The notes beneath the pieces are model-generated. The model ran no database searches, was not told the origin of the DNA, and worked only from the letters and a program-made list of their open reading frames with translations. From Podarcis melisellensis (lineage: Eukaryota), in NCBI GenBank assembly GCA_964234715.1, contig OZ174278.1: a DNA stretch of 64,000 nucleotides; one strand, 5' to 3'. Positions 50,201 through 54,800 of this stretch are shown one piece after another. How positions within the stretch are numbered: the stretch's first letter is position 1; every line of letters begins with the position of its first letter. The position numbers and the translations under genes were made by a program.

Positions 50201-52177
50201 TCTGGACAATCAGGGCAAACTACACATGATCACAGTCACAACATTTCTCAGGCGGGAAAAGCACAGCACAACCCTGCGGCTGCTGTGCTCACTACTCTGA
50301 CAAGCGGGAGGGAAAGGAAAAAATAAACACTGGGTGTGCTGATAAGATATATAATAGCCATAAGGAAGAGGTACAATAGCTAGATGAACTGATACAAAGG
50401 GTGGCCAAGCAACCTCTGAACATTCACTTGATTGGGTAAAATAATGATATATTGCTTCCTTTCTAGTAATCAAAACACAACAAATAATGTAGCATAGCAG
50501 TAAAGAGACTGATAGGTGAACCAGAAGTCCTATGTTCAATTCATGGGTTCCTGAACTGTTTCAGATATTTGATGTCCTCCTTTCAACTTAAATTTCTAGA
50601 GTGATTTCTAACACAAAATGAAGTACCGTATTTTTCGCCCTATAGGATGCACTTTTCCCCCTCCAAAAATGAAGGGGAAATGTGTGTGCGTCCTATGGGG
50701 TGAATGCAGGCTTTCGCTGAAGCCTGGAGAGCGAGAGGGGTCGGTGTGTACCGACCCCTCTTGCTCTCCAGGCTTCAGGAAGCTATCCCCCCAGCCCGGC
50801 AAGCTCCCAGAGCGATGCCAAAGCTGCGTGCAGCTTCGCCATTGCTCTGGGACCCGTTCTGGGGGTTGGGATCGGGGGAAGCTCGGGCTTCCCCTGCCCC
50901 CAGCCGCGCAAGCTCCCAGAGTGATGCCAAAGCTGTGTGCAGCTTCGCCATCGCTCTCCGACCCGTTCTGGGGGCTGGGGTCGGGGGAAGCTCCGGCTTC
51001 CCCCGCCCGCAGCCTCGCAAGCTCCGAGAGCGATGGCGAACGTGCACGCACCTTCGCCATCGCTCTCGGACCCTTTCTGGGGGCTGCAGAAGCTTGGGCT
51101 TCCCCCAGCCCCGCAAGCTCCGGGAGCGATGGCAAAGGTGCACTCACCTTCGCCAGCGCGCTCCGACCCTTTCTGGGGGCTGGGGAAGCTCGGGCTTCCC
51201 CCACCCCCAGCCCCGCAAGCCACTCTGACTCCCATTCTGGGGGCTGAGAAAATCCCCCCCTTTATTCCCCCCCCCCCAAATCTAGGTGCATCCTATGGGC
51301 CGGTGCGTCCTATAGGGTGAAAAATACGGTAATAATTAATCACAGTTATAGCAAAACAGCAATCAGATAAAATGTGAGATAAAAAAGTGATCTAAAAGAA
51401 ACGGAAAATAAAATAATAATAATAATACCCCACCCATCTGGCTGTTTCCCCAGACACTCTGAGCAGCTTCCAACAAAATATAAAAAAATAAAACATCAAA
51501 CATTAAAAACTTCCCTAAAAAGGGCTGCCTTCAGGTGTCTTCTAAAAGGCAGATAGTTGTTTATTTCCTTGACATCTGATGGGAGGGCATTCCACAGGGC
51601 AGGCACAACTACCGAGAAGGCCCTCTGCCTCTTTCCCTGTAAGCTTGCTTCTCACATGTGATGGAACCGCCAAAAGGTCCTCAAGCTGAACGATGGGGGT
51701 GGAGACGCTCCCTGAAAGGTTTTCTCCTAGTGCCGAAAAGACAACAGACTCCCTAGATGGCCTTAGCTCTTACCCGGAACCTCTCTCCCAAATTTACAAT
51801 TTGGGGGCAAGTACAGACTTTGCTGTGTTATTGTAAGAATTACTGAGATGTTTGTCGAACGTTTGATATTCAACAAAGTTTAACACACATCAAAATATTG
51901 TACCTGAATACAGTATCCCAGTTCATCTGTTTGCCATTTTTGGAATCAGAATTTCGATCCAGCTGTTGAATTGTTTCAGAATCCCTGATGAGACGCTTGA
52001 ACTTCTCAATTTCCTTCTAAAAAAGTAATCCAGAATAAAGAATAACACTATCATGTTATTGTACTGTTGCATATTAGAAGTGCAGGAATGGTGGTTTATT
52101 ATTACCTTTCGGTCTGTGGCCTTGTCACTTTCAAGATGGCGGCAGCAAGCCAACAGGTCTTGGAGTGCAAAATTCAT
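48..52177 (-). CDS. ATM: ATM serine/threonine kinase (PIKK), spliced CDS of 61 exons (human-equivalent exons 2-62); last exon lies outside the window
   Basis: Exon translations match ATM from the N-terminal TAN motif ([34 protein letters not shown]) to kinase motifs ([34 protein letters not shown]); splice phases are compatible throughout; all introns GT-AG except one GC-AG. Confidence 0.98.
620..800 (-). mobile_element. Degenerate L2 LINE ORF2 fragment
   Basis: LHWLPV...LTFKTL..LEP.FLRE resembles the L2 ORF2 C-terminal motif; boundaries approximate. Confidence 0.6.
1200..1263 (-). CDS. ATM: ATM exon 61 (64 bp)
   Basis: [21 protein letters not shown]. Confidence 0.95.
1514..1628 (-). CDS. 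ATM: ATM exon 60 (115 bp), activation loop
   Basis: [37 protein letters not shown]. Confidence 0.95.
1717..1803 (-). CDS. ATM: ATM exon 59 (87 bp), catalytic loop
   Basis: [28 protein letters not shown]. Confidence 0.96.
2693..2858 (-). CDS. ATM: ATM exon 58 (166 bp)
   Basis: [42 protein letters not shown]. Confidence 0.95.
4193..4342 (-). CDS. ATM: ATM exon 57 (150 bp)
   Basis: [24 protein letters not shown]. Confidence 0.95.
4499..4562. repeat. (AG)32 microsatellite
   Basis: Direct reading. Confidence 0.98.
4795..4880 (+). mobile_element. tRNA-derived SINE head fragment
   Basis: agctcagtggcagagc (A-box-like) and ttcaattcc (B-box-like). Confidence 0.55.
5020..5136 (-). CDS. ATM: ATM exon 56 (117 bp), GC donor
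   Basis: [39 protein letters not shown]; donor AAG|GCAAGT. Confidence 0.92.
5622..5762 (-). CDS. ATM: ATM exon 55 (141 bp)
   Basis: [28 protein letters not shown]. Confidence 0.95.
5871..6069 (+). mobile_element. Tigger/pogo-like MITE, 5'-truncated copy
   Basis: Near-identical to 6576-6801; ends GAGGTACCACTG+TA. Confidence 0.85.
6129..6211 (-). CDS. ATM: ATM exon 54 (83 bp)
   Basis: [27 protein letters not shown]. Confidence 0.95.
6576..6801 (+). mobile_element. Tc1/mariner-superfamily (Tigger/pogo-like) MITE
   Basis: TIR CAGTGGTACCTCGGGTTA / TAACCCGAGGTACCACTG, TA TSD. Confidence 0.9.
6958..7096 (-). CDS. ATM: ATM exon 53 (139 bp)
   Basis: [23 protein letters not shown]. Confidence 0.94.
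7148..7202 (-). mobile_element. BovB/RTE LINE extreme 3' end
   Basis: Reverse complement of ccatggggtcacgaagagtcgga...aacaacaac. Confidence 0.8.
7426..7581 (-). CDS. ATM: ATM exon 52 (156 bp)
   Basis: [27 protein letters not shown]. Confidence 0.94.
7900..8290 (+). mobile_element. Degenerate L2 LINE RT fragment
   Basis: Remnants of AAF.T.DH.LL and SP.LFNIY.K.L motifs; boundaries approximate. Confidence 0.5.
8769..8873 (-). CDS. ATM: ATM exon 51 (105 bp)
   Basis: [18 protein letters not shown]. Confidence 0.93.
9992..10199 (-). CDS. ATM: ATM exon 50 (208 bp)
   Basis: [39 protein letters not shown]. Confidence 0.95.
10526..10743 (-). CDS. ATM: ATM exon 49 (218 bp)
   Basis: [35 protein letters not shown]. 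Confidence 0.95.
10858..10977 (-). CDS. ATM: ATM exon 48 (120 bp)
   Basis: [30 protein letters not shown]. Confidence 0.92.
11206..11370 (-). CDS. ATM: ATM exon 47 (165 bp)
   Basis: [11 protein letters not shown]...[23 protein letters not shown]. Confidence 0.92.
12407..12537 (+). mobile_element. BovB/RTE LINE 3' fragment
   Basis: Matches the 3' end of the other BovB copies; (AAC)n tail. Confidence 0.88.
12688..12922 (-). CDS. ATM: ATM exon 46 (235 bp)
   Basis: [23 protein letters not shown]...[12 protein letters not shown]. Confidence 0.95.
12985..13130 (-). mobile_element. Squamate tRNA-derived SINE remnant
   Basis: Antisense similarity to the SINE head at 4795 plus typical body; boundaries approximate. 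Confidence 0.5.
13264..13383 (-). CDS. ATM: ATM exon 45 (120 bp)
   Basis: [32 protein letters not shown]. Confidence 0.94.
13925..14029 (-). CDS. ATM: ATM exon 44 (105 bp)
   Basis: [22 protein letters not shown]. Confidence 0.94.
14206..14354 (-). CDS. ATM: ATM exon 43 (149 bp)
   Basis: [18 protein letters not shown]...[11 protein letters not shown]. Confidence 0.94.
14665..14767 (-). CDS. ATM: ATM exon 42 (103 bp)
   Basis: [20 protein letters not shown]. Confidence 0.94.
14852..14940 (-). CDS. ATM: ATM exon 41 (89 bp)
   Basis: [22 protein letters not shown]. Confidence 0.95.
15759..15867 (-). CDS. ATM: ATM exon 40 (109 bp, or 88 bp with the inner acceptor at 15846); S1981-equivalent SQ site
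   Basis: [36 protein letters not shown]. Confidence 0.88.
16435..16590 (-). CDS. ATM: ATM exon 39 (156 bp)
   Basis: [33 protein letters not shown]. Confidence 0.95.
17364..17451 (-). CDS. ATM: ATM exon 38 (88 bp)
   Basis: [29 protein letters not shown]. Confidence 0.93.
18110..18287 (-). CDS. ATM: ATM exon 37 (178 bp)
   Basis: [17 protein letters not shown]. Confidence 0.94.
18522..18698 (-). CDS. ATM: ATM exon 36 (177 bp)
   Basis: [25 protein letters not shown]. Confidence 0.94.
19039..19180 (-). CDS. ATM: ATM exon 35 (142 bp)
   Basis: [22 protein letters not shown]. Confidence 0.94.
19281..19452 (-). CDS. ATM: ATM exon 34 (172 bp)
   Basis: [16 protein letters not shown]...LFEDRELQW. 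Confidence 0.94.
20276..20365 (-). CDS. ATM: ATM exon 33 (90 bp)
   Basis: [23 protein letters not shown]. Confidence 0.9.
21218..21350 (-). CDS. ATM: ATM exon 32 (133 bp)
   Basis: EINHFLS...[14 protein letters not shown]. Confidence 0.94.
21761..22761. mobile_element. Non-autonomous hAT (Charlie-like) DNA transposon carrying captured GC-rich host sequence
   Basis: Perfect 15-bp TIR CAGTGTTTCCCAACC/GGTTGGGAAACACTG, 8-bp flanking repeat GACTAAAC, subterminal GTGTGCC repeats at both ends. Confidence 0.9.
21826..22220 (-). pseudogene. Captured first-exon fragment of a host gene; N-terminus resembles eIF3b (EIF3B-like, tentative)
   Basis: CCCATGCAGGAG start; [16 protein letters not shown]...PSSPPAA...[10 protein letters not shown] acidic/Pro/Ala-rich frame running into the TIR; low complexity makes identity uncertain. 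Confidence 0.55.
22941..23105 (-). CDS. ATM: ATM exon 31 (165 bp)
   Basis: [16 protein letters not shown]...LDPFPDH. Confidence 0.95.
24944..25118 (-). CDS. ATM: ATM exon 30 (175 bp)
   Basis: [20 protein letters not shown]...[11 protein letters not shown]. Confidence 0.95.
25297..25474 (-). mobile_element. CR1 LINE RT fragment with inverted segment
   Basis: Minus strand [34 protein letters not shown]; plus strand [18 protein letters not shown]. Confidence 0.85.
25749..25948 (-). CDS. ATM: ATM exon 29 (200 bp)
   Basis: [11 protein letters not shown]...[16 protein letters not shown]. Confidence 0.95.
26020..26578 (+). mobile_element. Tc1/mariner-superfamily (Tc2/pogo-like) non-autonomous element with 99-bp palindromic tandem units
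   Basis: TIR CCGTATTTTTCGCACCATAGG (one mismatch at right end), TA TSD. Confidence 0.88.
26952..27078 (-). CDS. ATM: ATM exon 28 (127 bp)
   Basis: [19 protein letters not shown]. Confidence 0.95.
27187..28138 (+). mobile_element. Polyadenylated retroposon of unidentified family (copy A), L1-type insertion hallmarks
   Basis: 20-bp TSD GAAATACTGATTCATTTCTC (27167-27186 / 28139-28158), AATAAA 28103, A-rich tail, ORF ending at 27678. Confidence 0.88.
28186..28265. mobile_element. 80-bp mariner-type hairpin MITE
   Basis: TA-flanked, CAGGGTGAGT..TTTAAAAGAGGCCCCGTGG arms in inverted orientation. Confidence 0.8.
28336..28588 (+). mobile_element. BovB/RTE LINE 3' fragment
   Basis: [18 protein letters not shown]...; (AAC)n tail; 11-bp TSD ATTCTATATCT. 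Confidence 0.92.
29448..29510 (+). mobile_element. CR1 LINE 3' end
   Basis: gggttggactcgatggccctt...ccaactctatgattcta, typical CR1 tail. Confidence 0.75.
29958..30076 (-). CDS. ATM: ATM exon 27 (119 bp)
   Basis: [16 protein letters not shown]. Confidence 0.93.
31256..31502 (-). CDS. ATM: ATM exon 26 (247 bp)
   Basis: [11 protein letters not shown]...[16 protein letters not shown]. Confidence 0.95.
31864..32024 (-). CDS. ATM: ATM exon 25 (161 bp)
   Basis: [22 protein letters not shown]. Confidence 0.93.
32456..32632 (-). CDS. ATM: ATM exon 24 (177 bp)
   Basis: YNRKSVLL...[12 protein letters not shown]...[10 protein letters not shown]. Confidence 0.94.
33440..33560 (-). CDS. ATM: ATM exon 23 (121 bp)
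   Basis: LFQD...[13 protein letters not shown]. Confidence 0.93.
33908..33966. repeat. (AAT)n microsatellite, tail of the adjacent L2
   Basis: Direct reading. Confidence 0.97.
33967..34226 (-). mobile_element. L2 LINE 3' end
   Basis: Antisense gccgccctgagccc...gggcgggatataaataaa tail motif. Confidence 0.7.
34456..34586 (-). CDS. ATM: ATM exon 22 (131 bp)
   Basis: [18 protein letters not shown]...FLAD. Confidence 0.93.
34689..34764 (-). CDS. ATM: ATM exon 21 (76 bp)
   Basis: [19 protein letters not shown]. Confidence 0.92.
35706..35849 (-). CDS. ATM: ATM exon 20 (144 bp)
   Basis: [12 protein letters not shown]...LTVVAAFW. Confidence 0.92.
35937..36019 (-). CDS. ATM: ATM exon 19 (83 bp)
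   Basis: [16 protein letters not shown]...LLKPL. Confidence 0.93.
36299..36498 (-). CDS. ATM: ATM exon 18 (200 bp)
   Basis: [22 protein letters not shown]. Confidence 0.94.
37515..37683 (-). CDS. ATM: ATM exon 17 (169 bp)
   Basis: Acidic GEVDLMEDD...DLFDD segment; phase 0/1 fits neighbouring exons. Confidence 0.88.
38658..38747 (-). CDS. ATM: ATM exon 16 (90 bp)
   Basis: [27 protein letters not shown]. Confidence 0.93.
38812..39913 (+). mobile_element. Polyadenylated retroposon of the same unidentified family (copy B)
   Basis: 18-bp TSD AAAACAGGATTTAATCAC (38794-38811 / 39914-39931), AATAAA 39887, A tail, ORF ending at 39363, 3' UTR motifs shared with copy A. Confidence 0.88.
40175..40300 (-). 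CDS. ATM: ATM exon 15 (126 bp)
   Basis: [21 protein letters not shown]. Confidence 0.92.
40693..40818 (-). CDS. ATM: ATM exon 14 (126 bp)
   Basis: [19 protein letters not shown]...KSKLFQK. Confidence 0.93.
40903..41119 (+). mobile_element. Tigger/pogo-like MITE (same family as 6576)
   Basis: CAGTGGTACCTC TIRs, TA TSD. Confidence 0.9.
42000..42225 (-). CDS. ATM: ATM exon 13 (226 bp)
   Basis: [13 protein letters not shown]...SEQLLSN. Confidence 0.92.
43111..43194. repeat. Compound (CA)18(GA)24 microsatellite
   Basis: Direct reading. Confidence 0.97.
43363..43458 (-). CDS. ATM: ATM exon 12 (96 bp)
   Basis: [18 protein letters not shown]. Confidence 0.93.
43842..44036 (-). CDS. ATM: ATM exon 11 (195 bp)
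   Basis: [11 protein letters not shown]...PPIL. Confidence 0.92.
44250..44294. repeat. Compound (TC)n(TG)n microsatellite
   Basis: Direct reading. Confidence 0.95.
44927..45298 (-). CDS. ATM: ATM exon 10 (372 bp)
   Basis: [12 protein letters not shown]...[10 protein letters not shown]...DREIWKIF. Confidence 0.94.
45396..45559 (-). CDS. ATM: ATM exon 9 (164 bp)
   Basis: [15 protein letters not shown]...[11 protein letters not shown]...SQNDF. Confidence 0.93.
45901..46064 (-). CDS. ATM: ATM exon 8 (164 bp)
   Basis: [21 protein letters not shown]...LMADICHQ. Confidence 0.95.
46395..46633 (-). CDS. ATM: ATM exon 7 (239 bp)
   Basis: [17 protein letters not shown]...HHPNGAK. Confidence 0.95.
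47412..47577 (-). CDS. ATM: ATM exon 6 (166 bp)
   Basis: KVLVARII...QTDGLNS. Confidence 0.93.
47779..47998. mobile_element. Older Tigger-like MITE
   Basis: TA-CAGTGAAACCTCAGTT...AACTGAGATTTGACTG-TA imperfect TIRs. Confidence 0.7.
48506..48706 (+). mobile_element. Tigger-like MITE, related subfamily
   Basis: TA-CAGTCGTACCT...GAGGTACCACTG-TA. Confidence 0.8.
49463..49627 (-). CDS. ATM: ATM exon 5 (165 bp)
   Basis: [10 protein letters not shown]...[14 protein letters not shown]. Confidence 0.95.
49839..49984 (-). CDS. ATM: ATM exon 4 (146 bp)
   Basis: [11 protein letters not shown]...[18 protein letters not shown]. Confidence 0.95.
50626..51329 (-). mobile_element. Tc2/pogo-like non-autonomous element (same ends as 26020, inverted) with ~96-109-bp hairpin units
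   Basis: TIR CCGTATTTTTC(G/A)CCCTATAGG, TA TSD; left end is the reverse complement of the right end of 26020-26578. Confidence 0.88.
51425..51712 (-). mobile_element. L2 LINE 3' fragment
   Basis: AAT tail followed by antisense L2-like 3' region; boundaries approximate. Confidence 0.6.
51904..52016 (-). CDS. ATM: ATM exon 3 (113 bp)
   Basis: [12 protein letters not shown]...NWDTVFR. Confidence 0.95.
52106..52177 (-). CDS. ATM: ATM exon 2 coding part (start codon; exon extends as UTR to 52214)
   Basis: GCC ATG; [24 protein letters not shown]; acceptor ttttcag at 52215. Confidence 0.95.
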
Positions 52178-52247
52178 GGCTCAGCTAAGTTGTAGATGCA
52201 CTCACAGCATGAACCTGAAAAGTGAAATAACAATAGGTTTTTCAATA

Positions 52248-52378
52248 GAGCCGGTGTGGCACAATGGTTACTGTTTTGCTCTGGAGACCAGGGTTCAAAT
52301 CCCCACTCAGACATGAAGCTCACTGGGCGTACAGTCACCATCTCTTAGCCCAACCTACCTCACAGGGTTGTTATGATA
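52248..52378 (+). mobile_element. tRNA-derived (CORE/MIR-like squamate) SINE
   Basis: gggttcaaatcccc B box, then cctacctcacagggttgtt core. Confidence 0.65.
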
Positions 52379-52577
52379 ATTTAGTGTGGCAGCACCTACT
52401 CTCTGGAACTTCCTGCGTATTGACATCAGGCAGGAGCCTTGACTACCCTTTTTGACACCTGCTTAAAACATTGTTTAGGCAAGCCAATGCAGGCATGTAT
52501 AAATTACATGTGTTTTAATCCTTTTATGTTGATGTAATAACCTGATCTATTGATTTATAGGTTGCCAATGTGGCACC

Positions 52578-52932
52578 CTGTTGTCTTTGTCCATGGAGTT
52601 TTCTTGGCAGGGATACTGGAGTGGCTTGCCGGTTCCTGCTCCAGCCCTGAGTGCTCACTGGAAGGACAGATCCTGAAGCTGAGGCTCCAATACTTTGGCC
52701 TCCTCATGAGAAGAGAAGACTCCCTGGAAAAGACCCTGATGTTGGGAAAGATGGAGGGCACAAGGAGAAGGGGGCAACAGAGGACGAGATTGTTGGACAG
52801 TGTTCTCGAAGCTACCAGCATGAGATTGACCAAACTGCGGGAGGCAGTGGAAGACAGGAATGCTTGGCAGGAGTGCCGTGTCCTTGGGGTCACGAAGAGT
52901 CGGACACGACTAAACAACTTAACAACAACAAC
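52578..52932 (+). mobile_element. BovB/RTE insertion with inverted 5' segment
   Basis: BovB 3' end 52643-52932; 52578-52642 is antisense Bov-A/BovB-like sequence; 8-bp TSD GTGGCACC. Confidence 0.85.
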
Positions 52933-53241
52933 GTGGCACCTGCAGAGGTCTTCTCTGAAACATGCTGGCTGCCATTCCCCTAGCTCCTCCCCTGGATAAG
53001 AATTGAAGGAGGGGGGGGGTTACAGCAAGGAAGGGGACCACTAACTTGGAGGGGAAAGTGAAAACACTTTTCCAATCCTAATTGCTGTTAGAAAGGAGTG
53101 GGGGAGAAGAGCAAGTCTGCTGTTGCAGTGCATGCACGGTACCCACGGCAGCTTCTCTACAGGCCCAAAGGTTAAAAAAAAGAAGTCTGGCAACCCCTGA
53201 TTTATGATGCATTCTGCATTTGTTTTAATCAACGCGATTTA

Positions 53242-53413
53242 ATTGTTGATCTGATGTTATTCGCCACTACTTTGGTGAGTAACAAAGAAATTTTAAAGTA
53301 CATAGTAATGAATGTTATTCATTTTAAAGTAGTAAATGAATAACATACATTACTACTTTAAAAGTTACTTTGCTACTCACCAAAGTAGTGGTGAATAACA
53401 TCAGATCAACAAT
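53242..53413. repeat. AT-rich fold-back inverted repeat
   Basis: 53242-53287 vs 53368-53413 are reverse complements at 44/46; pairing continues inward. Confidence 0.9.
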
Positions 53414-53479
53414 GTTATTCATTACTACTTTAAAATGTTATTGACAGAACACTAAATTTTGCAGCTAAACAAATTCATG

Positions 53480-54800
53480 TTCAGCCGTTCCCTTCCGACG
53501 CTTACCATTTTGCGCTGAAGGGCAAGGATGCCACACAAGCGACACTCTAGAAGGGGCACCTGAGGGGATCAGGGCAGCGGCCCGCGTGGCAGAGCCCCCC
53601 GTTCTCACAGCTCCGCGAATGGCGTGACCCCGCCCCCAAACCCCCACTTACACGACGACTTCGCACCGCCGCCACGGCAGCTGGGACGTCCAAGGCCGCC
53701 GTGACGAGACCGAGGCGGGTCGTGAGGGAGGGAGGACACCGGCCACCCCGGTCCCGCCTCAGAGGCCACGCGGGCAAGACGGCGGCATTCTTGCCAAAGG
53801 GGTGGGAAAGAGAGGAAGCGGCCGGAGGAGAACGAACGGAGACAACGAGAGGGAAAACGAAAGCGAAAAGATGAATGGGGGCGGGGGGGGAGCGAAGTGA
53901 GGCGAAGAGGCGGAGCGGCGAGGCTCGCGCCAGGAACGAGCGGTGGGCGGGGCCTGAAGGGACCCACAGCGCGGGCTTCTCGCTCCTTGCGCGCGCAGCC
54001 GCCCTCGCGCTCCGACGAACGCGGGGAGGCGTGGCTGCTCCACGCTCATCACCAATCGACGTGGTGTTTTCCATCCCACTCGCGTTCTAATCCCGCCCCT
54101 CCTAACTGCTACTCCTACCCCCGCCGCCGCCGGAAGCGGAAAAGCTCCTGTTTTCTCTCCTGCTGCCGGAAGTCGGTGGGCGGGACGGAGGCTGACGGCT
54201 GCTGATGCTGTTGTGGAGAGGTTTTTGGGCGCGGAGAGAAAGGGGAGCGCGGATAACCGCCTTTTCTGGGAGTTGCTGCCGCCGCTGCCCCGCTGGGGCG
54301 GGAAGGGTGCGGACCCCTCCCCGTCCCTCCCTCAGCCCCCCTCACCATGTTACTGCCGTCCGACGTGGCCCGCCTGGTGCTAGGTAAGCGCGAGCGAAGG
54401 GTTCCTCTCCTGAGGGGGCTTCCGGGGAAAACGGGCCCTTCTTTTTGCTCCTGGACCCGCCGTGTGTCTGTGTGTGTTTCTGGGGGCCTCCGAGAAGGGC
54501 AGGCCAAGGGCGCCCCTCGCATCTGTTTCCAAAGCAGAAGAGGGACACGCCCGCGACCCCCAACTCCTAATTCATCGCCCCTGCCGCCACACTGTTGTGT
54601 TATCTTGTGAAAAGCTTTGCTCCCTCTCCTTTGCATATTGCTGTTCTTTATTTACTGTTCCATAGCCTGCCCTAAAAGCAGAAATATTGTCGATCGTTAT
54701 TTTTGTAATTCACCCTCGCCGTCCTCCGCGGATCTAAAAGCTAAAGCGCGGTTAATTTTGTTTATTGCTTTACTCCACCGTAGCCCGTCTTCTTCCACTG
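53480..54800. promoter_or_regulatory. CpG island / ATM-NPAT bidirectional promoter, including probable non-coding ATM exon 1 (candidate donors at 53505 and 53651)
   Basis: Sharp GC/CpG rise between two divergent start exons; GC boxes (e.g. GGGCGGGG 53945), CCAAT 54052, ETS/GABP-type CCGGAAG at 54130 and 54166; minus-strand GTAAG donors; island boundaries approximate. Confidence 0.88.
54347..54383 (+). CDS. NPAT: NPAT exon 1 coding part
   Basis: CACCATG, MLLPSDVARLVL, donor GTAAGC. Confidence 0.96.

Noticed and set aside
50608-51320. Overlapping 120-210-aa ORFs on both strands
   Set aside because: Arise from GC-rich repeat units in a MITE; repetitive translations with no domain signal.
53465-54636. 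Multiple ORFs across the promoter
   Set aside because: CpG-island stop-codon depletion; only 54347-54383 matches a real protein (NPAT).
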